Source: Arenicellales bacterium
GTDB taxonomy: Bacteria; Pseudomonadota; Gammaproteobacteria; Arenicellales; JAJDZL01
Reading direction: 5' to 3'
Assembly (NCBI GenBank): GCA_965202855.1
Contig: CBDBBP010000001.1
Location: 1,125,649 to 1,189,648 of the forward strand
DNA: 64,000 nt
In this document: piece after piece, positions 39,044-48,445 of the stretch
Position numbering within the stretch: position 1 is the first letter of the stretch
How the letters are laid out: each line of letters begins with the position of its first letter
The notes under the pieces: model-generated
What the model was told of the DNA's origin: nothing
The model's database searches: none
Seen by the model: the letters and a program-made list of their open reading frames with translations, nothing else
Position numbers and translations under genes: made by a program

Positions 39044-40400
39044 TTATTTCAATTTTCGATGCAGATCTTTTTTAGCGCGGTAAATTTTAACTTCCAAGAA
39101 TCGAAATCGACCAAATAGCAAAGCTATCGCAACAATACAGGCGGCGCCAACTGACCACATAAGCGCTATTGGGCCACCGTCAAGGTAAAGGCCAAAATAC
39201 CATCCCAGTGGTACCATCACGCCCCAAAATGATGTGACTAGAGACATAGTGATATACCACATGTTCTGATATCCTCTCAGAATTCCAACTGCAACTGCCT
39301 GAATTCCGTCCAAGACCATAATGAAGGATGCTGCAAATATGACCGGCGTTGCAAGCAATAGAACGTCGGGATCGTTTGTGTAAATACGAGCTAGATATTC
39401 AGGTATAAAGAGGAACAAAATTGCAAGAAGTATGAGTGTGATCGTTGCCAGAGTGCTTGCTGTCCAGCCTGCGACAGCTGCTTGCCCCAATTTTTTTTGA
39501 CCTAAGTGGTTGGCTACGAGGACACTCGCTGCCATCGCATATCCCAGAGCAACCATAAATGCGATCGTGATCAGATTGAATCCAATCGTCCATACCGCTG
39601 TTTGCAAAACACCCATATATCCAGCAAATAGAGTCATAATTAAGAATGACGCAGATTCCATGCCGTGAGCAATTGCTGTGGGATATCCCAAGCGACGCAG
39701 TCGTTTCGAAATCGCTCGAAATCGAGTTATTGGCCCCTTAATTCCATATTTGACCAGATCAAATGTTCGCATGATGTAAATCGCTAGAACTAAAAAATGA
39801 AGTCCAACGAGTAATGCTAGTGGCTAGAGCGGCACCTTCAGCGCCCATTTCTGGTGCGCCATGATTGCCGAATATGAATACCCAGTTGAGATAGAAGTTC
39901 ACTGCATTTGAACCGAGCGTAACCACCATGGCAGGTACTGGCCGCTGTAGTCCTTCCAAAAATAGGGATGCTGCTACCATGCATAGCAGACCGCCAAGTC
40001 CCAATCCATGCATTGCGAGTACTGGACCACTTCCTTCAGACAAAGCGGCTGATTGACCTGTGAGTTGGAAGAATACCTCACCAAACTGCATCAGTATTCC
40101 CAGCAAAATTCCCAATGCGAGTGCATGGATCAGTCCGACTCGCAAAATCTGGCCACATCGCCTGTGCTTGCCGGCGCCGTCGGCACCGGCAGTTAGGATT
40201 ACGATGGGAAGAATCGAGCCAATCCCGATTAGTATCATGGATACTTGCGGACCATTGGCCAGTCCGTAGAACGCAAGCTCGTTTGAACCTGCATAACCGC
40301 ACATTGCGACATCGACAGTAACGATTAAGATGGCGCCTGCACGACTTAGTAATACTGGCCCTGCGAGTCTAAAAATTGGCCAAACTTCGCTCGTGGTCAT
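39044..40400 (-). pseudogene. MATE-family efflux transporter split by a frameshift in an A6/T6 run
   Basis: ORFs 39759..40400 (N half) and 39044..39772 (C half) together make ~455 aa with 12 TM-like segments. Removing one base of the run at 39792-39797 joins ...ITRWTSF to LVLAIYIMRTFDLVKYG. Confidence 0.8.
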
Positions 40401-40559
40401 TCGTTGGTACAGCTAGACGATTGGAACTGTCATTGAATACAACAAAAGTTACTAATTGTAAGCTGGAATGAATGAAACATTAAATATGCCTGCCGCTCCC
40501 AAGTCCGAAATCAGATTCTTCGAATCCATAAAAAAGCCTTGTATATTATGGTTTTACTT

Positions 40560-41774
40560 ATAAACACCGAAATTCCCCGATGGGTGAATTCGGTACAACC
40601 AATTCAAAGATACAAGGCTGCGGAAAAATATACCGTACACAATCGCTGAAACCAAACAGAAATCCACCGCCCGCGACGGTTTTCTGGTCGTTGCCGATCT
40701 GATGCGGTGTTTCGGTCTGGCGGGGCTGGCAAATTGTCAGTTGTCCCGCCCCGGAAGCAACCGTGGCTACCTGCCGGGAGCCTTGTCGCAGACCTTCATG
40801 CTGTGTTGCATGAAGGTGGCAGATGTTTGGATGACGCGCGTGAGCCGCACTACGAACAGCCGTTGATGAATCAGTTGGGGCTGAAGCGGATCCCCGGTGC
40901 TCGTGCGCTCGGCAATGCGCTGCGTCGGATGGGTAGCAGCCAGCCGGCGCAGCAGGCTTTTTTAGACTTAGCAAACGGGTGCTGTCGGCGAGCCGAGAAG
41001 TGTCTCGTATCGTGCATACGATAAATGAACCCACCGTGCTTTTGTGCTGCCGGTGGAACGAATCCTGATCGAAAAACCGCAGCTGGAGCTGTTCGTGAAC
41101 TGCGATGAGCAGGCCTTTTTCCGAGGTCGTTATCTTTACCGCGCCATTGCCGCAAATCTGGACGAACAGCAGTACCGCGACTTGCAAATCGCGCACTGGT
41201 GCAACCAGCGTGGCGAACATAGTGAAAACTGCGGCAATGAGTTGCTCCGAAACTTTGCCTGCGGACAGTTGCCGTGTGGAGATTTCAAAGCCAATGCGAC
41301 TTGATGGCAACCGAACATGATCGCCTGCAATCTTCTGGTGCTGCTACGTCAGGAATTGCCGCTTCGGTGGTTTCGCGACCGGACCGGAACTTTGCGCTGG
41401 CGGCTGTATGGCATCTCCGGCGAGATCCTCCATTACGCTCGGCAATGGACACTGAAAATCGACTCTAATCCGCACCTGAAAATCGAGTGGGCGCGGCGCC
41501 AAATCAGACATTTCTCCCTTCAGTCCTAACGGGGCTGTCAGCGACTGCACTTCATCACATCGGCTGCGTGGATTCGGTCACTGCGTAAGAGGCCGCCGCG
41601 ACCCGGTTGCCTGATGCGCCCTTGATAGACTGCACAGTGCGCATCTAGATGCCGACAAATTGCAACACACACTGCATGTTGCCATTGTCGATGCTATGTC
41701 AACCACAAGTCAGTGAGAACAGGCGGTAAATTCTGAATCAGCATTAATTTGGCCTGTCTATCTTCGGATTTGAG
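40560..41774 (+). mobile_element. decayed IS1380-family element (left part missing or uncertain)
   Basis: Contains the broken transposase. The right terminus is defined by where the 303/280-bp repeat shared with 45113-45392 stops (...GGCCTGTCTATCTTCGGATTTGAG). Confidence 0.6.
40660..41529 (+). pseudogene. IS1380-family DDE transposase, multiple frameshifts
   Basis: Fragments in three frames: GGRCLDDAREPHYEQPLMNQLGLKRIPGARALGNALRR; GEHSENCGNELLRNFACGQLPCGDFKANA; ACNLLVLLRQELPLRWFRDRTGTLRWRLYGISGEILHYARQWTLKI (the AEN.IKELK...lP...F.AN..W...AYNL block of IS1380). Confidence 0.65.
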
Positions 41775-41828
41775 AACAATTCTTGATCAATCTTGTTAAA
41801 CTCCGAGGCAGAGTATCGACTTGAAGTA

Positions 41829-41858
41829 CAAAAAAAAGCCACCAAAGGATTGGTGGCT
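41829..41858 (-). terminator. intrinsic terminator downstream of the DUF1127 gene
   Basis: AGCCACCAA-AGGA-TTGGTGGCT 9-bp stem (41837-41858), followed on the minus strand by a T-run (A-run 41830-41836 on plus). Confidence 0.65.
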
Positions 41859-41895
41859 AAAATGTAGGAGGATAAAGCTACTAAATGAGAATCGG

Positions 41896-42198
41896 TCAGG
41901 CAACAAGTCGGTCTGTTGGAACTGCACGTTCTTTGACCGAAGTGATGTTAGAATTCGTTTGTTCGACTACTTTGTTTGTTGCCCTAATTAAATTTACGTA
42001 AATCACATATTTTATTGAGTGTCTCGGAATGCCAATTTCGTATAGTTGAGAGTCACTTAATCTATCTAACGTTCGAATTGCTTTTCTTCGTGTTACAGAA
42101 TTTTTGTACGCAAACCAAACTCCACTGATCATTCTTCCAAATTTAAAGTATTGGTGAGCACGCCGATATGGGCGAAAATTTATGGTGTTATTTGTCAT
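41896..42198 (-). CDS. DUF1127-domain protein (100 aa)
   Basis: RRKAIRTLDRLSDSQLYEIGIPRHSI matches the DUF1127 core (R....L..LsD..L.DIGi.R..I). Confidence 0.6.
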   Translation of the reverse strand: MTNNTINFRPYRRAHQYFKFGRMISGVWFAYKNSVTRRKAIRTLDRLSDSQLYEIGIPRHSIKYVIYVNLIRATNKVVEQTNSNITSVKERAVPTDRLVA

Positions 42199-42481
42199 TT
42201 CTGTATACCCTTTTGTTTATAGAAATCTGCTGACCTAAGATAAATGTTCGTTAAGCGACGATATGGGTGAGTAAAAGTACCACGATTACCGCGCCGACAA
42301 ATGCGATTCCCACTCGATTGTGAATATTTTCAAACATTGTTCTACGCCAAGTTTCAGGAGACCAATTTATCTGTTCGTTTGAATCAGTGTTAATTTTTCA
42401 TTTCCTCAATAATTATTCAACTGACTAATTAATAATTTAATGCATTTTTCAAATTTTGCAAGTGATCAATTTTCCTTTATG

Positions 42482-42499
42482 CATGAATAGATATTCATG
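42482..42499. promoter_or_regulatory. palindromic box 1 upstream of leuC
   Basis: CATGAATA-GA-TATTCATG (8-bp arms). The same half-sites recur inverted at 42592-42611. Confidence 0.3.
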
Positions 42500-42591
42500 T
42501 ATCAAACTTAATATATTTTGTGTATATTATTGATTTATAAGAATTTATATGTTGACATGATCACATTATAAGTTTTTCATATAACAAACTC

Positions 42592-42611
42592 TATTCATAG
42601 GTTAATGAATA
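42592..42611. promoter_or_regulatory. palindromic box 2 upstream of leuC
   Basis: TATTCAT-AGGTTA-ATGAATA, ~110 nt upstream of the leuC ATG. Confidence 0.3.
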
Positions 42612-42719
42612 AATTAGCTTATCCTAATATTTCGGTTTTAAGTACAATGACGTCCTTGATCAAAGCAACATACGCGTCAAACGATTCAACAAATCCAACA
42701 AAAGCAGTCAATTAAACCC

Positions 42720-44126
42720 ATGGCAAGAGGAACGCTTTATAACAAAATCTGGGATCAGCACACTGTGTGCCAGCTCAGAACAGGACAATACCAGCTCTTT
42801 ATCGGTTTGCATCTGATTCATGAAGTAACCAGTCCGCAGGCCTGCGACATGCTGCGAGAGCGCAACCTCAAGGTGAGATTTCCAGATCGAACCATAGCGA
42901 CCATTGATCACATCATTCCAACCCAAAATTCAGCGCGGCCTTATCAAGACGTTCAGGCTGAAGCGATGGCGCAGGCTCTGCACGAGAACACATCTGAATT
43001 TAAGATCCGCTACTTCGGGCAAGGCTCTGCTGAACAGGGAATCGTACACGTCATTGGCCCAGAACTGGGAATGATCCAACCGGGCATGACTGTCGCCTGC
43101 GGCGACTCACATACCTCGACACACGGCGCCTTCGGCACACTTGCCTTTGGAATCGGCACCACTCAGGTAGGTGATGTGCTCGCCACACAGTGTTTAGCCA
43201 TGGACCCGCTGAAAGTACGCAAGATCGTCATCGATGGCGAGCTCGCAAATGGAGTTTTCGCCAAAGATGTCATCCTTCATGTGATTCGGAAGTTGGGCGT
43301 CAAAGGCGGCATCGGTTATGCCTATGAATATGCAGGCTCGACCATTGAAGGCATGACCATGGAAGAACGCATGACCGTCTGCAACATGTCCATTGAAGGC
43401 GGAGCAAGAGCCGGTTACATCAATCCAGATCAGATCACCTATGATTACCTGCGTGGACGCAGGTATGCGCCAAGTGCGGATTCGTGGGCACGAGCGGTCG
43501 AGCATTGGGAATCGGTGCGTTCCGACGCGGATGCTCAATATGATGATGTTGTAAAGCTGAATGCGCAGGACATTGCCCCCTATGTGACATGGGGCATCAA
43601 TCCAGGTCAGAGTGTCGGCATCAATGAGCATTTGCCCCATCCGAGCTCATTGTCTGCGGGCGAAGCCCAAACCGCTGAACGGGCCATCCAGCACATGAAG
43701 CTAACGCCAGGTCAGTCGATGAATGGCGTCAAAATTGACGTGGTTTTCATCGGCAGCTGCACCAACTCCCGAATTGAGGACCTGCGAGCGGCCGCCCGCA
43801 TCGTAAAGGAGCAAAAAGTCGCAAGCGGAGTTCGCGCGATTGTCGTTCCCGGATCGCAGCAGGTGGCGGCACAGTCTGTCAAAGAAGGACTGGATCAGAT
43901 TTTCGTCAAAGCCGGTCTGGAATGGCGAGAACCCGGCTGTTCGATGTGTCTTGCCATGAACAATGACCGACTTCAAGGGGATGAGATTTGCGCGAGCACC
44001 AGCAATCGAAACTTCATCGGCCGTCAAGGCAGTCCGAGCGGAAGAACATTGCTGATGTCACCGCCGATGGCGGCAGCGGCTGCCATTGCCGGTGAAGTCA
44101 CTGACATTCGAACTTTAGCAAACTGA
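42720..44126 (+). CDS. leuC: 3-isopropylmalate dehydratase large subunit
   Basis: [10 protein letters not shown] start, aconitase-family Fe-S motifs [44 protein letters not shown]. Confidence 0.95.
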   Translation: MARGTLYNKIWDQHTVCQLRTGQYQLFIGLHLIHEVTSPQACDMLRERNLKVRFPDRTIATIDHIIPTQNSARPYQDVQAEAMAQALHENTSEFKIRYFGQGSAEQGIVHVIGPELGMIQPGMTVACGDSHTSTHGAFGTLAFGIGTTQVGDVLATQCLAMDPLKVRKIVIDGELANGVFAKDVILHVIRKLGVKGGIGYAYEYAGSTIEGMTMEERMTVCNMSIEGGARAGYINPDQITYDYLRGRRYAPSADSWARAVEHWESVRSDADAQYDDVVKLNAQDIAPYVTWGINPGQSVGINEHLPHPSSLSAGEAQTAERAIQHMKLTPGQSMNGVKIDVVFIGSCTNSRIEDLRAAARIVKEQKVASGVRAIVVPGSQQVAAQSVKEGLDQIFVKAGLEWREPGCSMCLAMNNDRLQGDEICASTSNRNFIGRQGSPSGRTLLMSPPMAAAAAIAGEVTDIRTLAN

Positions 44127-44140
44127 TATGGACAATCAAC

Positions 44141-44752
44141 ATGGCAGACCTTAGAATTCAGTCCATTGCCGGCAAGGGCATTGTCGTTGGCGGAGATGAT
44201 ATTGATACGGACCGCATCATTCCCGCTCGGTTTTTGAAGGAAATCACCTTTGCCAATCTCGGTCGGTTTCCGTTTTACGATGAACGATTTAAAGCAGACT
44301 TAAGCCAAACCAATCATCCGTTTAACGATCCAAGCCGCCGCGATGCGAAAATTCTTTTTGTCAACAAGAATTTCGGCTGTGGCTCAAGTCGGGAACATGC
44401 TCCCCAGTCACTGAAACGCTGGGGGATCGATGCCATCGTCGGCGAATCATTTGCTGAAATCTTTGCCTCCAACTGCATCACTTTGGGGCTCCCCGCAGTG
44501 ACTGTCGGTGAAAATGACGCAAAGAAGGTCCAAAGCTGCGCATCGGCGAATGCAGACCTCATATGGACTGTCAACCTGAAATCTGCAACTGTATCCTGTC
44601 GGGAACTGACGGTAGAATTTCACATGCAGGATCATCACAGAAACACCCTGATTGATGGCCTCTGGGACAGTACCTCGCTGCTCTTGGAAAATATGAGCGA
44701 GGTTCAAAAAGTGTACCAAAAATTACCGTACACTCAAAACTATCAGATCTAA
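44141..44752 (+). CDS. leuD: 3-isopropylmalate dehydratase small subunit
   Basis: DDIDTDRIIPARFLK, NFGCGSSREHAPQSLKRWGIDAIVGESFAEIF. Immediately follows leuC. Confidence 0.9.
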   Translation: MADLRIQSIAGKGIVVGGDDIDTDRIIPARFLKEITFANLGRFPFYDERFKADLSQTNHPFNDPSRRDAKILFVNKNFGCGSSREHAPQSLKRWGIDAIVGESFAEIFASNCITLGLPAVTVGENDAKKVQSCASANADLIWTVNLKSATVSCRELTVEFHMQDHHRNTLIDGLWDSTSLLLENMSEVQKVYQKLPYTQNYQI

Positions 44753-44756
44753 ACTG

Positions 44757-45112
44757 CTATGGCAGGCGATGGCCTCGGCGCCAATTCCACGGTGGCATGA
44801 AACGGCCAGCCCAAATACCTCTTCTTGCAGCTCGAGCGATATGCTCTTCCAACACGTAGCGATCAGAATATTTTCTAGCAGCCACAGCATGTCCATTTTT
44901 GACCAGCCATGCGGACATATTTACGCCATCACTGAAATAGCAGGTTCCCAGTCTGCGGCTGTAACGATCGCGATCTTCCTGTAGATCGCATTTGACTGGA
45001 AGTCCATAAATTCGTTCGATTAGCGCCTGGGTGGCTGCTTGACCGCATCGGTATGGCTCACCGGCGCTTCGGCGGCGATATCGCTTCGTTTCAAGCGCAT
45101 TAATACCAAGCA
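44757..45112 (-). pseudogene. thermonuclease (SNase-like) family gene, N-terminus replaced by an IS1380 end fragment
   Basis: LLGINALETKR...CGQAATQAL...DRDRYSRRLGTCYF...WLVKNGHAVAARKYSDRY...ARAARRGIWAG.FMPPWNWRRG fits GIDAPE...DRYGR...G.A......Y...A....GlW. The first 15 codons of listed ORF 44757..45158 are the reverse complement of the IS repeat. Confidence 0.7.
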
Positions 45113-45392
45113 GCACCTGAAAATCGAGTGGGTGCGGTGCTAAATCAGACATTTCCACCTTCTGTCCTGACGGGGCTGTCAGCGACTACACTTCATCACA
45201 TCGGAAGGGGCCGCCGCGACCAGGTTGCCTGATGCATCCTTGATAGATTGCATTGCGCACCTAGATGCCGACCAATTGCAGCACACACTGCCCATTGCCA
45301 TTGTCAATGCTGATGTCAACGACAAATTAGTGGGAACAGGCTGTAAATTCTGAATCAGCGTTAAACTTGGCCTGTCTATCTTCGGATTTGAG
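45113..45392 (+). repeat. solo copy of the IS1380 right end (direct repeat of 41472-41774)
   Basis: GCACCTGAAAATCGAGTGGG...GGCCTGTCTATCTTCGGATTTGAG, alignable throughout with scattered substitutions and a ~23-nt indel. Confidence 0.85.
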
Positions 45393-45719
45393 CTGCTGCA
45401 ATCGAGTTCTTGTTTCGCCTTTTGAGAGTTGGAATTGAATTGTCAAAATGCGACTTGGCAGTCCAATAGGAGCCAGTTGATCTACAAATGGAAATTGACC
45501 CACTTCAAGTTCATGATTCCTATCAGAGTCACCAGAACTTTCCCGCTATGGAAACTATAAGTTCAAAGTCTTGTATGCGGGTCAGGTGCCTGTACTTTGT
45601 CGAGAAATCCTGACAGTCACTATTCGTATTCCTATGAAGCACCATCATCCAGTATTGTCAGAACTGAATCCAGGCAAAGAATCAGTCCTGGCAGTCTTCG
45701 GAATGAATGCTGCTTCCAC

Positions 45720-46811
45720 CTATCGTTTCTGTTCCCGATCAGGCCATTTCCCAACGTAATTTGCGGACGGTCTGATCAGCCGATTATTCTCGGATTGTTC
45801 CATGGCGTGAGCGCACCAGCCTACGATACGAGCACAACAAAATGTAGGAGTGTAGAGCTCTTTGGGCAAGTTGGCCGAGCGTAGCACCGCAGCAGCCCAA
45901 AATTCTATGTTGGGGTACAAATTTCGCCCCGGTTTGTACTCCTCCAAAATTTCAACCGCCAGGTTTTCGACATACAGACTCAGCTGAAGCAGACGGTTGG
46001 AGCCCGCATAGCGCTGGGCTATTGTCTTTAGCGCCGCGGCGCGCGGGTCCCAAGTTTTATAGATACGGTGCCCAAAACCCATAAGACGCTCGCCCGATGT
46101 AATCTTGCGGCGCATGACATCTTCAGCGCGATCTTCAGTACCAATTTCATCCAATAAGTCGTCAACTTTGGATGGTGCTCCACCATGCAGTGGCCCACTG
46201 AGCGCACCAATTGCGGCGCATATGGCGGAAACCAGGTCTGCCTGTGTCGACACTACGACGCGGGCCGCAAAGGTGGATGCGTTAATCTCGTGGTCCATGC
46301 TTAAAATCATGTAAGCAGTGAGTGCATGCACCAAGCCTTCTTCAATCTCGCGGCCGTTGAGCATGTAGAGATAATTCTCAACATAACCCAGCGAGGCATG
46401 AGGCTTGACGGGATCTATGCCGATCATACGGGCGTGTCGATATGCAAATATTGTGGGGGCAAGGGCTACCAGACGCAAAGCCAAGTCAGATGTGGGCGGG
46501 TATTCTTGGTCTTCAGGAACTGCAATAAGCGACAATACGGAACGCAGCAGTGCCATATAGGAAACGCCTGCCGGAGCATTGTGGATTACGGTCTTCATTT
46601 CAGACGACAGTCTGCGCAAAGAAATCAACTTGCTCTTCAAGTCTCTTAGCTGAGATGCGTCGGGTAAGTCTTTAAACAAAATCAAGTAAAGAACTTCTTC
46701 GAAAGACTTGCTCTGTGCGAGTTGACCCGTCCAGCGCCCTCGATATATCAACTCACCTTTTTGACCGTTTACATATGTGATTTTTGACTCTGCAATAGGG
46801 ACATCTTCCAA
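45720..46811 (-). CDS. citrate synthase family protein (short, CitZ/2-methylcitrate-synthase-like), 363 aa
   Basis: GQKGELIYRGRW, MDHEINASTFAARVVVST, GPLHGGAPSKV, MGFGHRIYKTWDPRA. Confidence 0.85.
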   Translation of the reverse strand: MEDVPIAESKITYVNGQKGELIYRGRWTGQLAQSKSFEEVLYLILFKDLPDASQLRDLKSKLISLRRLSSEMKTVIHNAPAGVSYMALLRSVLSLIAVPEDQEYPPTSDLALRLVALAPTIFAYRHARMIGIDPVKPHASLGYVENYLYMLNGREIEEGLVHALTAYMILSMDHEINASTFAARVVVSTQADLVSAICAAIGALSGPLHGGAPSKVDDLLDEIGTEDRAEDVMRRKITSGERLMGFGHRIYKTWDPRAAALKTIAQRYAGSNRLLQLSLYVENLAVEILEEYKPGRNLYPNIEFWAAAVLRSANLPKELYTPTFCCARIVGWCAHAMEQSENNRLIRPSANYVGKWPDREQKR

Positions 46812-47211
46812 TCCAAAATTTATACTCGATTCGATTCTTCATTCCTCCCGCGAAAAAATTCAAATTACAGCAAGAAACAGCAGCGACTACTTGCCAGTTG
46901 GCCTGAGTGCAATACAAGATCCTTTTTTATTAAACATACTGTGTATGCAATGTCAAGTCAGAACATTGTCCATTATTTGCTCCAATTCCAAAATCAAATA
47001 TCTCTAGATTCAAGAATAGTTCTGCATATCAACACGTTATAGGTTGAACGAGTAACGTGATGCGGATGTGGGCTATAGTAGTCAAAGAACAACACCCGCA
47101 CATCCTACAGAAGGAAACTATGCACCGGAAGAACTGATGGCTGAAGGATTTGCCGCGCAAGTGCCAGTTCGATCTCATGCCATCTTGGTCTGCCGCAAGA
47201 GATGAGTATTA

Positions 47212-48363
47212 TCAGTTATCGCTCATATAAACATCGGAATCTGGATAAAAGACCAACCAAGCGAAAGCAAAATGCAGACCGCTGTCAACAGTTGGGAGCT
47301 GTTTGCCTGCTAACTCTCCCGTAACTGCTTGTCCAAAGAGATTCCACTGAGAGCCGGTCTCACGGTCGTAGAACGAATCACCGTCCACCTCAAAGCTTAA
47401 AACAAGATCGTCAATTTCTCTCCTGTACGCGGTTGCAGACGGTATGATTTTCGACTTCGAAATATCAGCTTTGTCAAGTGCCGATGCGGCGTCGAGTTTT
47501 GAAAATACAACAACGGGCACACCGTTGAATTTATCATTGATTACAGGTTCGCTTGTGAACGCCGAAAACGGATAAACTCGATGTCGGTCATTTACCGTAA
47601 CATTCAATACACGTTCCATAGGTGGCAAGCGATCATCCTTCAAGTCCACTCGAAAAAATGGAGAATTATTGATGTCGTCGTATCCCCGATATGGATTTTG
47701 ACCATATCGACGAGAAAATCCAGTGTCTCTGGACAGTACTTCGCTGTCAGGATACGCTTCTGCAAATTCTCTAAATGAAGTGATTTGTGACGGTAAACGA
47801 GTTAATCTCACACCGGCATATTCCCCTACGATTCCTCGTCCGGTGATCTGCTGCCACCATGATTCAGTTTGTCGGTCGTACATCACCAAGTCGCTGTTTC
47901 TCAAACGTCCAGTCGTACCGAAGTCCAATATCTCGCCATCTAAATTTCTGTCAAAGACAATGGATGCATTGCACAGTGGACAAAATGTTACCGTAACTGG
48001 TTTTCTGTTCAGCACGTCGTTGACAATTTCGTGCCAAATCAAAATCTGCAATGGATAGGCTCGAGCTTTTCCGAGAATGTCTAAAACGATGACTGGCTCA
48101 TTTTCATCCAGCCACTGCATCGCGGCATCAGCAGAAACGAATTCTGGGTTGTCAATTGCAGGAATTCCGTCCTTTGGCACTCCTCCAGATTGGATGTCAC
48201 TGAGTTCTACGACTCGATTGTCGAAATCTGTGTTTGGCCATTCTCTTTTGTCTGACAGAATTTGAGCGGAGGCGCTTGTTGACGCGAATAGTCCAATACA
48301 AATAATTGTCACCAAAAGGCGTAGATTTTTTGTGATTAAAGCGAATGGATGTTTGTATTTCAT
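47212..48363 (-). CDS. DUF3179-domain protein, secreted
   Basis: Signal peptide from MKYKHPFALITKNLRLLVTIICIGLFASTSASA. GVPKDGIPAIDNPEF...ARAYPLQILIWHEIVND...VTVTFCPLCNASIVF is the DUF3179 core. Confidence 0.8.
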   Translation of the reverse strand: MKYKHPFALITKNLRLLVTIICIGLFASTSASAQILSDKREWPNTDFDNRVVELSDIQSGGVPKDGIPAIDNPEFVSADAAMQWLDENEPVIVLDILGKARAYPLQILIWHEIVNDVLNRKPVTVTFCPLCNASIVFDRNLDGEILDFGTTGRLRNSDLVMYDRQTESWWQQITGRGIVGEYAGVRLTRLPSQITSFREFAEAYPDSEVLSRDTGFSRRYGQNPYRGYDDINNSPFFRVDLKDDRLPPMERVLNVTVNDRHRVYPFSAFTSEPVINDKFNGVPVVVFSKLDAASALDKADISKSKIIPSATAYRREIDDLVLSFEVDGDSFYDRETGSQWNLFGQAVTGELAGKQLPTVDSGLHFAFAWLVFYPDSDVYMSDN

Positions 48364-48445
48364 TGCAATTTCCTGATTTTTGTGGCTAAGTAGTTCGACC
48401 AAATCAAACTTCAAAGGTTCAATTGACGATGAATTCCTTGTTTAT

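Noticed and set aside
39792-39797. Programmed frameshifting or phase variation at the MATE A6 run, and at the GIY-YIG T-rich site
   Set aside because: The runs are short for contingency loci, and no slippery heptamer with a downstream structure is evident. Decay or sequencing error is more parsimonious. Kept as a checkable note only.
42251-42337. Small ORF with three consecutive Leu (VVLLLTH) as a leu-operon leader peptide
   Set aside because: It is on the opposite strand from leuCD and reads away from it, so it cannot attenuate leuC.
42552-42557. Perfect TTGACA -35 hexamer upstream of leuC
   Set aside because: No acceptable -10 hexamer at 16-19 nt spacing; TATAAG sits at only 9 nt. Not called as a promoter.
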